A stretch of DNA of 61,801 bases from an uncultured Nitrospirales bacterium (GTDB lineage Bacteria; Hydrogenedentota; Hydrogenedentia; Hydrogenedentales; JAGMZX01), in the NCBI GenBank assembly GCA_964569295.1, contig CAZMVU010000006.1:1-61801 (forward strand), read 5' to 3'. Each line of letters starts with the position of its first letter. Within the stretch, counting starts at the first letter, position 1. The notes below the pieces were generated by a model. The model did no database searches. It had not been told where the DNA came from and was given only the letters and a program-made list of their open reading frames with translations. The translations under genes were made by a program, and so were the position numbers. Positions 13,756 through 23,816 of the stretch are shown here, one piece after another.

Positions 13756-15220
13756 CGCCTTCCTCCGGATTGAAGGGGATGGCGTAGTGATATTCCCACA
13801 CCATCTTGTCGCGTTCGCGGATATTGTCGTTCTCGTACTTGCGGCTCGCATTCAAGAAATGTTCGAGCGCGCTTTCCCGTCCAAGCTCGCGCAGTGCCTG
13901 GCCAAGTGCATTAATGGTATCGAGCGATTGGGCGCGCCCCCGCAAATCGATGCCGTCGTCCTTGCGCATACGGAATTCGAGGACATTCACATCGCCTTCC
14001 GGCGCCACTTCACACACTTTCGTGAGATATTGCAGCACACTGCCCCGCGGCCGCACTTCGCGCCGCAATATACGCAATTGCTCCCGCTTTTCGCGAATGC
14101 CGCGCGCCTGGCCGGCCAGCGTGTTCAAGCGCTGTTCCAGTTCGATGCGGTATTGCTCGGCCTGGTAGACATGCTGGTAGAAGAGTCCCGCCACACCCAG
14201 CAGTATAAGCGCAACCAGCCCCGCCGCCTGCAGCAGCCGTTTGCGTGCCACTTTCATCTGGCGGGTCTCGGTAACCGACTCGGGCAATAGGTCGATGCTG
14301 ACACTGCCGCGTTCCTGCGCAATGAGCGCCGCACCCAGTGCCACGAGCGGGAGCGACTTGAGGTGTTCCGCGCCGCTGGTTACCAGGTGCAAGGCGAAGC
14401 TGGCGGGCTGACAGTCCTTGCCGGTCTCATTGGCAATGAATTCGGCAGCCCGCTCCGGCTGCGTCACATCCGAGCAGAGAAAAACCCGTTCCACCCCAAG
14501 GCCGTCGACCGACTCCCGGCGATACGCGGCCAACGTTGCCCGGGACTCGACGGCAAGCTCTTCCCAGGCCTCCGCGGCGGCATCGCCCTCGATGCCCCAG
14601 TCCCGGGCTGTGGCAACGCCGCGCCCGAAAAGCAACCGTCCCTGATCATCGATTACGATCCCTTCGATGCCGCCGATGGCCATATTCAGCAGGGCGAATT
14701 CTTGCTGTTCGGGAGGACGCGCCGCCGCTGCCGCCGTAGCGAGACAAGCGGTGCTCAGGAAGACACGCTCAGGCACCACGCCTGCCTGCTCCATAAGGTT
14801 CATGTGTCCGTTCACGACATCGCGGTGGGCAAAGGCGGCAAGCACGCGGGTCATGCCGGCAGACATCGCCTGGAGAATGCACTGGTCGATGAGAATCTCT
14901 TCGGTCGAGAAGGGCACATATTCCTCGGCGCTGAAACGCACCATGCCCGCGATCTCTTCCAGCGAGTCGCTCGGAAGATCCAGGATACGCGTGGTGATCG
15001 AATGGCGCGGCAACACCGTGTAAACCGCATCCTCCTTGATGCCGTGCTCCGCGACAAACTGCGAGAGCGCCGCTGACAAAGCCCCTTCTTCGGACCAGTC
15101 GCCGCGCGCGATCTCGTGCGCCAGCACGGCGGCTCCCTCCGAACTGCGATCAATCCGCAGCCACGCGATCGCGTGTTCGTCGAACTGAAGGATACTGATA
15201 TATGTGCTCTTACGTGCCAA
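13730..15220 (-). CDS. GspL-like protein (PilM actin-like domain fused to PilN-like domain)
   Basis: FSAEEYVPF, IDLLP, TM, coiled coil, IDLRGRA; TTG start after GAGGAA, overlapping the gspK stop. Confidence 0.8.
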   Translation of the reverse strand: MARKSTYISILQFDEHAIAWLRIDRSSEGAAVLAHEIARGDWSEEGALSAALSQFVAEHGIKEDAVYTVLPRHSITTRILDLPSDSLEEIAGMVRFSAEEYVPFSTEEILIDQCILQAMSAGMTRVLAAFAHRDVVNGHMNLMEQAGVVPERVFLSTACLATAAAAARPPEQQEFALLNMAIGGIEGIVIDDQGRLLFGRGVATARDWGIEGDAAAEAWEELAVESRATLAAYRRESVDGLGVERVFLCSDVTQPERAAEFIANETGKDCQPASFALHLVTSGAEHLKSLPLVALGAALIAQERGSVSIDLLPESVTETRQMKVARKRLLQAAGLVALILLGVAGLFYQHVYQAEQYRIELEQRLNTLAGQARGIREKREQLRILRREVRPRGSVLQYLTKVCEVAPEGDVNVLEFRMRKDDGIDLRGRAQSLDTINALGQALRELGRESALEHFLNASRKYENDNIRERDKMVWEYHYAIPFNPEEGDEVAQETE

Positions 15221-16178
15221 GGGGTTCCTCCCGCCAACTGCGAATGCTGGCCGTACCGTTGCCAATCGTAACGACCGCGGTAACCGTCGCCCGGATTTTG
15301 CCGCGGCGCAGGGTGGCCACACCGCGAATTCTGAATGTCGTGGAGTTGAACATGGCGAGTTTTCGCAATGCACCGAGGTTCTTGTCAACAATTCCCGTCG
15401 CATCGGTAAGGTTAACGAAACTCGAGAACCCGTGGTCGTCACCTGTTTTCAGTTCGCCATCACCGCCCGCCCTATAGGCGAGGATGGCGTTGATAGCCTT
15501 CTTGTCGAGATCGGGGATTGTCTCGAGCACCGCCCGTGATGCCGTGTTTATGTTTATCAGCTTATTGCCCTCGCAGGTAAACAAGTCAACAAGCCCAGGC
15601 TCATCGTCTGTACCATACCAATCCTCTTCATCGACGCCGCGTATGTAACGCAACTCTTCGATGGCGTGGAAGGGATTCCTGCCTTCTTCTTCGCGCAAAC
15701 CGGTGGTGCGCCGCACTCTTATGCGGCGTTTCACACGGCGGTCCAGGGCCTCCACCTCCTCGATTAGCTCGAGGGGCGCGGCGTTGATGTTGAGACGGCT
15801 GTTTTCATCCTCGATAAACACCCGTACCGAGTCGCCCTCGGCAAAGCGTTCCGAGTCAAAAAGATTCTCCGACTCCTTGAGCAAATCCTGCGGCTTCGCC
15901 CATTTCTGGCCATAGTGGGTCATGGGCGGCTCGGTATGGCCGCGGCCCTGGCTCATTTGCGCCATGGCCATATCCTTGATGGCCTTGTTCCGCATGGACA
16001 CGATCCCACGCTGCACGGCGCTTCGTGCAAGTATGAGCGCTTGCGCGTGGTCGAGTGAATAGGCGGCCACTTTCTGATCCAGTACTGCACGATGCCCGAA
16101 CCCCACCGTTACGATGGTGAGAATAGCCAGCACCCACAGGACCACGATCAGCACAAATCCGTGTTGGTTGCCGTTCAC
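15210..16178 (-). CDS. gspK: Minor pseudopilin GspK
   Basis: G|FVLIVVLWVL (no E5), DENSRLNINAA, ININTAS HhH repeats. Confidence 0.9.
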   Translation of the reverse strand: MNGNQHGFVLIVVLWVLAILTIVTVGFGHRAVLDQKVAAYSLDHAQALILARSAVQRGIVSMRNKAIKDMAMAQMSQGRGHTEPPMTHYGQKWAKPQDLLKESENLFDSERFAEGDSVRVFIEDENSRLNINAAPLELIEEVEALDRRVKRRIRVRRTTGLREEEGRNPFHAIEELRYIRGVDEEDWYGTDDEPGLVDLFTCEGNKLININTASRAVLETIPDLDKKAINAILAYRAGGDGELKTGDDHGFSSFVNLTDATGIVDKNLGALRKLAMFNSTTFRIRGVATLRRGKIRATVTAVVTIGNGTASIRSWREEPLGT

Positions 16179-16930
16179 TCTACCGCCCCCAGCATATTGA
16201 GAATCTTCTGTTCGTCCAAGCGCCGCGCGGGCGCCAGAATTCGTCTGCGAATAAGAAACGTGTGGGTTTCGTCCTCCTCGTTCTCTGGGTCCTCCACCAC
16301 CAGCTTTATTTCGATGCCATTGGGAAGTCCCCAGCCCTCCTCGTGGCGGTCGGCACGGATGGGCCTTACCCGCGGCGGCGGCTGATTGGGATCACGCTGG
16401 GCCGGAACCGGCATCCACACGTACCGGACGTCGAAACTGCGCACATTGCGCGCGACCACATACTCCTCTTCTTTGCTTGTCTTGAGGCGCCCCCGGTCGA
16501 TTTTGTCTTCGCCGCGGCGGCGTTGCGGCAGGGCCATGGTCACCTGAGCCTCTTGGCGCAGTAGCTCCTGTCCGGTACGGTTGAAGCGGTAGCGCACGAG
16601 CATAAGGCGGCGGCCTTCCCCGTCGCCATCGTCGACATTGAACGGCTCGCTGACCACGACCATCTCGAAATCATGGCCTTCGCCCTGAAAGAAGTAGCCG
16701 CCCTCGGGGAGGATATTGTTGATCTCGCGCTTGATAACGGTGCTGGCCACCCGGACATTCTGGAAGTTGTCGAATTTATCCTCGGCACTGCGCCAGGTAC
16801 GCAGGGTCGACCCAAACAACGCATAGACACTCGCCATGACTATGCTCAGCAGCGTGGTCGCCACCAGCACCTCGGCAAGGGTAAACCCGCGCAACGACTG
16901 CCGCGCCTGCTGTGTGCACCCGCTACTCAT
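16175..16930 (-). CDS. gspJ: Minor pseudopilin GspJ-like
   Basis: RG|FTLAEVLVA class III signal; LPNGIEIKL; ATGA overlaps with both neighbours. Confidence 0.8.
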   Translation of the reverse strand: MSSGCTQQARQSLRGFTLAEVLVATTLLSIVMASVYALFGSTLRTWRSAEDKFDNFQNVRVASTVIKREINNILPEGGYFFQGEGHDFEMVVVSEPFNVDDGDGEGRRLMLVRYRFNRTGQELLRQEAQVTMALPQRRRGEDKIDRGRLKTSKEEEYVVARNVRSFDVRYVWMPVPAQRDPNQPPPRVRPIRADRHEEGWGLPNGIEIKLVVEDPENEEDETHTFLIRRRILAPARRLDEQKILNMLGAVE

Positions 16931-17403
16931 TGCTGTTCCTGAACCGCTTCGGGCAGCCATATCTGTTCGGGCGGCATCAGTTCTTCGGCCTTGATCTCAT
17001 AGTCCATGCCCGAGCGCCGCCACGAAATGACGACGCTGAGTTTGCCCATGAACCGTTTGTATTGCTCGAGAAACCGTGCGCGCGCCTCCTCGGGCAATTG
17101 TTGCGGCAACGGCGGCAGCGGCACCTCGACCTTACTGATCTCCCAGGTGTAGGAAAACCGGCGATCCGCGCCCGGGAACCTGCCCCGGCCCCTGCTTTCC
17201 GTGAGCTGGTATTGCAGTAATTGTTTTTCGAGCACCTGTTCGAGCAGGAACTGGGCCGTCGTGAAGTCCTCTGCGCGGGCACGCAGAAACAGGGCCTGCC
17301 GTGTGCCTTGGTAGATGGTGAATATACTCACACTCAGCACCCCCAAGGCCACGATCGTTTCAAAGAGGATATAGCCGCCGCGCTTGCGCATTTGCCCTAC
17401 CAT
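16927..17403 (-). CDS. gspI: Minor pseudopilin GspI-like
   Basis: RKRGG|YILFETIVAL class III signal; gene order. Confidence 0.75.
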   Translation of the reverse strand: MVGQMRKRGGYILFETIVALGVLSVSIFTIYQGTRQALFLRARAEDFTTAQFLLEQVLEKQLLQYQLTESRGRGRFPGADRRFSYTWEISKVEVPLPPLPQQLPEEARARFLEQYKRFMGKLSVVISWRRSGMDYEIKAEELMPPEQIWLPEAVQEQQ

Positions 17404-17975
17404 CGCTTATCCCGGTAGTCATCGACCTCGACGTTGCCCATAACGCCCGTTGTCGCTATGTCGACGTCGTCCCTGTGGCGGCGCGCCCCATCCTCGCGCA
17501 AGGTCAACTCGACAATGTCGCAACTGCCGTTCGGGTAACAGGTCATGTATTCGGCATCGCGATCGCGGTCTTTGTGCCAGTGATTGTCCAGTTTCACTTC
17601 GAGGGCTGGCGGAAACGCACGCACCTTGCCCAAGTCGTCCTTCGCCCGCGCGAACACCTTCTCCTCGTCTTCCCAGCCCGCGTGGCGCATGACCCAATAC
17701 GTGGCTTTCTCCTCGTCGACATAGATGCGGTACTCCTGCACATCGGTCACCGCGCGTTCCTGCACATAGCCGATAAACTGCACCAAGTCGCTCTGGAAAC
17801 TGCGCAGCCGCATGGTTTTCACCGAGCCGCCGTAGACCGGCATGACCGCAGCGGCCAGAATGCCGAGCACCATCATGACGATCATCAGCTCGATCAGAGA
17901 GAAGCCTGCCTGCAGCGGCAACCGCTGGACGTGCGGCCGCCGGCGGCATGCGCCATATGCTATGGTTGTGCGCAT
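17397..17975 (-). CDS. gspH: Minor pseudopilin GspH/FimT-like
   Basis: AG|FSLIELMIV; CYPNGS; gene order. Confidence 0.8.
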   Translation of the reverse strand: MRTTIAYGACRRRPHVQRLPLQAGFSLIELMIVMMVLGILAAAVMPVYGGSVKTMRLRSFQSDLVQFIGYVQERAVTDVQEYRIYVDEEKATYWVMRHAGWEDEEKVFARAKDDLGKVRAFPPALEVKLDNHWHKDRDRDAEYMTCYPNGSCDIVELTLREDGARRHRDDVDIATTGVMGNVEVDDYRDKRW

Positions 17976-17984
17976 GCGATCCGC

Positions 17985-18371
17985 CTACTCGTAAATGTTC
18001 TCCGACGAATAAGTCACATCGTCCTCCGTGCCGGGCTGGCCATCCGGGCCTGCCGAGAAAACATCGAAGTCGTCGGCAAGAGGGTCTGAGGGCGGCTCAT
18101 AGTAGTACGGGTTGCCCCAGGGATCATTGTTGAGCTCGCGCACGTATCTGCGCCGGCCCGACACCAAATCATCCAGGCTCGACGGGTACTGCCCGTTGTC
18201 AATCTCGTAGGCCGAGATGAAATTAAGGTATTGCATGATGTCGGACTTGGCACGATTGACGCGCGCCTGGTTCGACCGGCCGGTGAATACAGGCACCACC
18301 GCACCGGCCAGAATGCCGATAATGACCACTACGAGGATGAGTTCGATGAGGGTAAAACCTTTATTATCCAT
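17985..18371 (-). CDS. gspG: Major pseudopilin GspG
   Basis: KG|FTLIELILV, DPWGNPYYY, SAGPDGQPGTEDD. Confidence 0.92.
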   Translation of the reverse strand: MDNKGFTLIELILVVVIIGILAGAVVPVFTGRSNQARVNRAKSDIMQYLNFISAYEIDNGQYPSSLDDLVSGRRRYVRELNNDPWGNPYYYEPPSDPLADDFDVFSAGPDGQPGTEDDVTYSSENIYE

Positions 18372-18568
18372 ACAAAACTCCCACACCCGTTCCGGGCTGG
18401 ATCGCCTGCCTGCGGGTACTATGGCGCGCTTCCAGTGCGCACCTGCAATGTGTTGTCTTCAATTACGCGCTCACGCCACGTACATCTCACGGGAAGCGGC
18501 CCCGGGCGCCAGCCGTACCGCATACCCTCACCTGAATATACGACAAAATGCCCGTCAAAAGGGACACG

Positions 18569-19783
18569 CTAGCCAACGTTGCCGCTCAGGGTAAGCATGG
18601 GAAGCAGCATGGCAATGACCAAAAAACCGATAATGATGCCCATGATAACAATCAACAGCGGCTCGAACAGGGCCGTGAGCGCCTTTACCGCACGATCCAC
18701 CTCGAGGTCATACGCATCCGCCAAACGCTTAGTGACCGCCCCGATCCGCCCGCTCTCCTCACCCACCATGAACATGCTCACCACCAGCGGGGGAAAATGC
18801 GGCAGGTCGGCCATGCTCTCGCTCATACTTTCCCCGTCCGTCACCCCGGTGTGGATGGTGGCCACTTCGTCGCGAATCACCACATTGCTCATGGTGTCCG
18901 CGGTAATGTTGATCGACCGCAGTACCGGCACGCCATTGTCCATCAGGGTGCCCAGGGTGCGTGCGAAGCGGGCCATCTCGTATTTCTGCACGACTGCCTT
19001 CACCACGGGGATACGCAACAGCAGGGTGTCTCGTTGACGTCGGCCAGGTTCCGTGCGCAGATAGGAAACAAGGAGGGCGATGGTCAGCACAACCCCGATA
19101 AGCACTGCCCACCAGTAGGATCCCATGAACCCGCAAATGGCCATGACGAAGCGGGTGGGCCAGGGCAGTGTGGCGTTGAAATCCTGAAACACTTCGATGA
19201 ACCGCGGAAATACGAACGACACCAGAATAAACACCGCGACCGTGCCCATGATAAGCAGGAATATGGGATACACCATGGCTGAAAGCGCCTTGCCGCGCAG
19301 TTCCTCTTCCTGCTCGCCAAAGGCGACCAGCCGCCACAGCACATCCTCGAGCATGCCGCCGGTCTCGCCGGCCCGCACGAGATTGCACTGTATGGGCGCG
19401 AAAACCGTGGGGTGTTTCTCGAGGGCCTCGGTAAAGCTGGCGCCTTTCTGCACGTCGTCGCGCAGTTGCTCGATGAGTTGCGCCATCTTCTTGTTCTCGG
19501 TCTGCGCGCTCAGGGTGCGCAGGGCCCGGGTGATCGGCATACCCGACTCGATGAGGTTGGCCAACTGCCGGAAAAAGATGTTGCGGTCTTTGAGTTTGAT
19601 GCGCACCAGCGCCTGCCGCAGCACATCCTTCTTTTCATCGCCGCCCTCGTAGGCCTCGACGCGGATGGGGAAGTAGCCCATCTCGCGCAGCCGGGCGACT
19701 GCGGCGCGCTGGTTCTCGGCTTCAAGCACACCAGTGGCGGATTCACCCGGGCCGCGCTTCACCTCATACTGAAATTGAGGCAT
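18569..19783 (-). CDS. gspF: Inner-membrane platform protein GspF
   Basis: FFRQLANLIESG, AGETGG, AMVYP, VGEESG, EPLLIV; three TM segments. Confidence 0.95.
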   Translation of the reverse strand: MPQFQYEVKRGPGESATGVLEAENQRAAVARLREMGYFPIRVEAYEGGDEKKDVLRQALVRIKLKDRNIFFRQLANLIESGMPITRALRTLSAQTENKKMAQLIEQLRDDVQKGASFTEALEKHPTVFAPIQCNLVRAGETGGMLEDVLWRLVAFGEQEEELRGKALSAMVYPIFLLIMGTVAVFILVSFVFPRFIEVFQDFNATLPWPTRFVMAICGFMGSYWWAVLIGVVLTIALLVSYLRTEPGRRQRDTLLLRIPVVKAVVQKYEMARFARTLGTLMDNGVPVLRSINITADTMSNVVIRDEVATIHTGVTDGESMSESMADLPHFPPLVVSMFMVGEESGRIGAVTKRLADAYDLEVDRAVKALTALFEPLLIVIMGIIIGFLVIAMLLPMLTLSGNVG

Positions 19784-21536
19784 CGTCCGTCTCACTTGCC
19801 GCATGCATCATCTCGGAATCCGCAGTAACGCGCAAGACTTCTTCGATGGTGCTCATGCCGTTGCAGATGCGCTGCCAGCCGCTTTGCCGCAGCGTGCTCA
19901 TGCCCTGGGCCCGGGCACTGCGCTTTATCTCGAGCGAGTTGCAGCGTTTGATGGTCAGGTCTTTGATCTCGGGCGTGAAGGGAAGCATTTCGTAAATGGC
20001 GATGCGCCCGCGATAGCCTGTGTGGCGGCACTGGTCGCAGCCGGTCCCCTTGCGGAATTTCGCATCCCGCTCGGAATCGCGGTCAACCCCGAATTCCTCG
20101 CGCAGCACGAGCGTGTCCGGTTCGTCGGGCACGGCGCAGTTCGGGCATACCCGGCGCACAAGGCGCTGGGCCATAGCCGCGATCATCGTGCTCGAAATGA
20201 GAAACGGCTCGACGCCCATGTCGGTAAGGCGGGTGACTGCACCCGCCGCGTCATTGGTGTGCAGCGTGCTGAGCACCAGATGGCCCGTGAGGCTCGAGCG
20301 GATGGCCATCTCGGCGGTTTCGTAATCGCGAATCTCGCCCACGAGCATGATGTCCGGGTCGTGGCGCAGCATCGCGCGCAGACCAGTGCCGAAATCGAAC
20401 CCAATCCGCGGCTGCACCTGCATCTGGGTAATACCGCGAAGCTGGTATTCTATCGGGTCTTCGATGGTGAGGATTTTGCGATCGAGGCTGTTGAGGCGGT
20501 TGAGGGCGGCGTAGAGCGTCGTGGTCTTGCCGCTGCCGGTGGGGCCGGTCACGAGAATAATGCCATGGGGCTTGCGGATGTACGACTCGAACTGGCGCAG
20601 GTCTTCCTTGAGAAAGCCGAGTTGGTCGAGCGTGAGGAACATCGAGGCCCGGCTGAGAATACGGATATTCACCGTCTCCCCGTGGGGTGTCGGCAGAATG
20701 GACACGCGCAGGTCATACTGGTTTTCACCGAACCGTGCCAGAATCTTCCCGTCCTGGGGCAGGCGCTTTTCCGCGATGTTCATGTTCGCCATAATCTTGA
20801 CGCGCGACACGATGGCCGAGTGAAACCCGCGGATACTCGGCGGCACGGGCACTTGGTGGAGCACGCCGTCGATGCGGTAGCGCACGCGCAACTCTTCCTC
20901 GAACGGCTCGATGTGAATGTCGGTGCAGTCGGAGTTCACCGCCTCGAGAATAAGCTCGTTGGTAAATTTGATGATCGACGCATCAATGTTCTCATCCCCG
21001 AGGTTGGCGCTCATGGTGGTCTCGGCGAGATTGACCACGTCGCCCTGGCTTTCCTCGTTGCTGAGAATCCGCTCCATCGTGTCCGCGCCCACGCCATAGA
21101 GGTTCTTGGTGGCGCGCAGGATTTCTTCCGGGGTGGCGACAGTCGGCTCGATGCGCCGCTTGAGCACCAGCCGGATATCATCGAGCAACTGGTTGTTGAG
21201 CGGATCGCTCACGGCGATCACGAGCGTACCGTTGCGTTCCTCGATAGGCACAAAGTCGTAATGCGTGGCGAAACGGGCGGGCACCTTCTGCACCACCTCC
21301 TCGGCAATCTGCATGCGCGACGGGGCCACATAGCGCATCTCGCAGTAATCGGCCAGCGCTTGGTACAACTGTGGCGGCGACGCAAACCCGAGCTGCTCGA
21401 TCACTTCCACAAGTGCCGCCCCGGCTTTGTTTGCCTCCGCACGGGCACGCTCCAGGCGATCTGCCGTCAGTATCTCCGCCCGTACCAGGTATTTCTCGAA
21501 TCCTACTTGTGCCGGCAATTTGCCTGTCTCCAACAT
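19764..21536 (-). CDS. gspE: Secretion ATPase GspE/PilB
   Basis: DIHIEP, GPTGSGKTTT, TIEDPIE, RHDPDIMLVGEIRD, tetra-Cys (CPNC/CDQC). Confidence 0.95.
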   Translation of the reverse strand: MLETGKLPAQVGFEKYLVRAEILTADRLERARAEANKAGAALVEVIEQLGFASPPQLYQALADYCEMRYVAPSRMQIAEEVVQKVPARFATHYDFVPIEERNGTLVIAVSDPLNNQLLDDIRLVLKRRIEPTVATPEEILRATKNLYGVGADTMERILSNEESQGDVVNLAETTMSANLGDENIDASIIKFTNELILEAVNSDCTDIHIEPFEEELRVRYRIDGVLHQVPVPPSIRGFHSAIVSRVKIMANMNIAEKRLPQDGKILARFGENQYDLRVSILPTPHGETVNIRILSRASMFLTLDQLGFLKEDLRQFESYIRKPHGIILVTGPTGSGKTTTLYAALNRLNSLDRKILTIEDPIEYQLRGITQMQVQPRIGFDFGTGLRAMLRHDPDIMLVGEIRDYETAEMAIRSSLTGHLVLSTLHTNDAAGAVTRLTDMGVEPFLISSTMIAAMAQRLVRRVCPNCAVPDEPDTLVLREEFGVDRDSERDAKFRKGTGCDQCRHTGYRGRIAIYEMLPFTPEIKDLTIKRCNSLEIKRSARAQGMSTLRQSGWQRICNGMSTIEEVLRVTADSEMMHAASETDDASISV

Positions 21537-21764
21537 ATGAACGCTATGTGGGCGAGGAAGAACTTGCAGGACGGCGGACGCAAACGATGCACGCTCAGTG
21601 ATCGGCGTGGGCGATGCGGGAACGCCGCGCCGCCGTGGCCGTGACCGGAGCACGTTCGGCGCCGGCCCCGCCGATAGCCGTCGCGAAATGCTACCAGACG
21701 CCCAACCAACGTCGCAAACCTCTGCCGCCCGCACTTGGGCGCCAGCGCGCGATCCCACCGGCCG

Positions 21765-22844
21765 CTATGGTGCGCTTAATCGGGCCAGTGCTTCATCGGC
21801 CATCGAGGCTACCACGGGGTGATCGCCCTGTGCGGCTTCGAGATAGAGGGCGCGGGCGCGCCCCGGATCATTCAACTCATCGCAATACTTGTCCCCGAGG
21901 TACAGATTGACCTGCGCCCGCGCCACGGGATGCGTGCACTGGTCCCGCACTGCCTCGAGCAAGGCCACCTCCCCGTTATCGGCGGCCGCGGCTTCGCGTA
22001 CGATCCGCTGCATCTTGTTCAAGGCGAGTTGCGCGATCTGCTGGCCAGGGTTCTGCGCGACGATCTGCTCGAGTTTGTCGAAGGCATCCGCGCCCGATTC
22101 CTCCAGCGCATCCACGGTGCGCAGCGCAAGGAATTCGTTCTCCCACTCTTCGACCAGCAATTCGAAGCGCTCAATGCTCTCGGAATCCGACCGGAAGACA
22201 TGCCCGAATTGGTTGCGCAGCTTCATGTACTCTTTGAAGGCGAGTTCGTAGCGGTGCAGATCCTCGAAGGTGAGCGATGCCAACTTCAACTGGGCGCGCC
22301 CGGCGAGTTCATGGTCCGGATGCTGGTTGACAGCTTCCTGTAAAACTTGCAACGCGGCCATGTAATCGCCTTGCTCCTCGAGCGTGTCCGCCTGCGCGAT
22401 GGCCTGGCCCATGGGGTCATCGGCCGGCAACTCGCCGGCAGGAGCACCGTTGTCTTGGGGTGCGGCGACGCGCGCCTGGCCGGATGGATTATCCTGTGTA
22501 GGGGGAGAAAGTCCGAGAGGTTGGTGCGTATACAATGCCAGGCCAAGTGCCAGCGCGGCAGCGCCCGCAAACACCGGCGCCCCCCACGTGGTGACCCTTT
22601 GTGAGATACGGTTTGGCTCAACGCTGTGGTCAATTCGCTGGCGGATAAGCGCCGGGAAATGCGGTGGCGGGTCCGGGGTTGGCTTCCTCGGGACCATGCC
22701 CACCAGCCGGCGCATGGCGTGATATTCAGCGCGGCAGCGCTCACAGCGTGCCAAGTGAATTTCAAGGGCTTCCTGATCGTCTGGCTCCAACGGCTCATAG
22801 ATGGCCACGGCCATCAGCACACGAACACGTCTACACCCTGGCAT
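21765..22844 (-). CDS. Zinc-finger (ZAS) transmembrane anti-sigma factor with periplasmic TPR domain
   Basis: HLARCERC (HxxxCxxC), TM near residues 90-105, TPR-like helices; follows ECF sigma gene. Confidence 0.85.
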   Translation of the reverse strand: MPGCRRVRVLMAVAIYEPLEPDDQEALEIHLARCERCRAEYHAMRRLVGMVPRKPTPDPPPHFPALIRQRIDHSVEPNRISQRVTTWGAPVFAGAAALALGLALYTHQPLGLSPPTQDNPSGQARVAAPQDNGAPAGELPADDPMGQAIAQADTLEEQGDYMAALQVLQEAVNQHPDHELAGRAQLKLASLTFEDLHRYELAFKEYMKLRNQFGHVFRSDSESIERFELLVEEWENEFLALRTVDALEESGADAFDKLEQIVAQNPGQQIAQLALNKMQRIVREAAAADNGEVALLEAVRDQCTHPVARAQVNLYLGDKYCDELNDPGRARALYLEAAQGDHPVVASMADEALARLSAP

Positions 22845-22944
22845 ATGTCCGACCTTTCACCAATCGCATCCGCTGTCTCTCCATGTGCGCTTGGCCTGCA
22901 GCGGCCTAACAACCAAAATCAGCTTGCCGCCCGCCCCGCGCCTG

Positions 22945-23526
22945 TTACACGTTCTCATGCAGGTCGGCCAACTCCACACGCATTTTCTTCAACGCGCGGA
23001 ACAAATGCACCTTCACGCTGCCCACGGTACAGCCCAATTCCTCGGCAATCTCGGCCAGGGCCATGCCCTCGTAGTGGCGCAACATAAACACCGTACTTTG
23101 CGTCGGCGACAACTTCACCAGCGCACTGCGCACGCGTTCGTCGATTTCCTTGGCATGTACCGCTCTGTCAGTCGACATGGTCCATGGCTCGACCGGCGCC
23201 CCTTCCGTGGCCTGCTGGAATGTTTCATCCAATGGATCCTGGCGCCGGCGCTTTCTCCGCCGCAGGTGATCGATCGCCTGATTGCGCGTCAGCCGCAACA
23301 ACCACGGCAAGAAACCACCCGTCGGCCGCCAAGAGCCGATCTTTCGATAGGCCTTCAGAAAGGCGTCCTGCGCCACATCCAGCGCGTCTTCGCGATTCCC
23401 GGTCAACCGGTAGGCCACCGCGTACACACGCCCATGGAACCGGCGCACCATCTCATCGAAAGCGTAATCGTCACCCTTCTGGAGGGCAAGCGCCAAATCT
23501 TTGTCGGCCCGGGCCGCATACTCCAT
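22945..23526 (-). CDS. ECF RNA polymerase sigma factor
   Basis: DALDVAQDAFLKAY, WLLRLTRNQAIDHLR, EIAEELG..VGSVKVHLFRA; start uncertain. Confidence 0.93.
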   Translation of the reverse strand: MEYAARADKDLALALQKGDDYAFDEMVRRFHGRVYAVAYRLTGNREDALDVAQDAFLKAYRKIGSWRPTGGFLPWLLRLTRNQAIDHLRRRKRRRQDPLDETFQQATEGAPVEPWTMSTDRAVHAKEIDERVRSALVKLSPTQSTVFMLRHYEGMALAEIAEELGCTVGSVKVHLFRALKKMRVELADLHENV

Positions 23527-23816
23527 ATCGGCGTCCTGTTTCTGGTGAGATAACGAGTTCACGATTGGAAAGGTTAACCTTGTTGGTAACACATACACAC
23601 GGCCGCACTGTTCCCTTACATCCAGTATATATCATGCCACAAACGTTGCAGTTCCACGGCATCCCCGCGCGTGGCCTGCCGCGCGTAAACCGGCGCCCAT
23701 CATGCCCGCCTCGAGGAGGCGCCATGGGCGGCTGGTTGCGTGCGTGCCGGCCCTGTGCGTATACTCCGCGAAAGCGCTCGAATTTCACAATGAGGCAATG
23801 AAGGGGCACACCCATT

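Noticed and set aside
21537..21764. c-di-GMP-I riboswitch upstream of gspE
   Set aside because: GGACGCAAA fragment is on the wrong strand and the P2 GAAA tetraloop context is missing
23581..23620. Autoregulatory ECF promoter GGAAC...GTT on the minus strand
   Set aside because: 19-bp spacing and short motif; cannot be separated from chance
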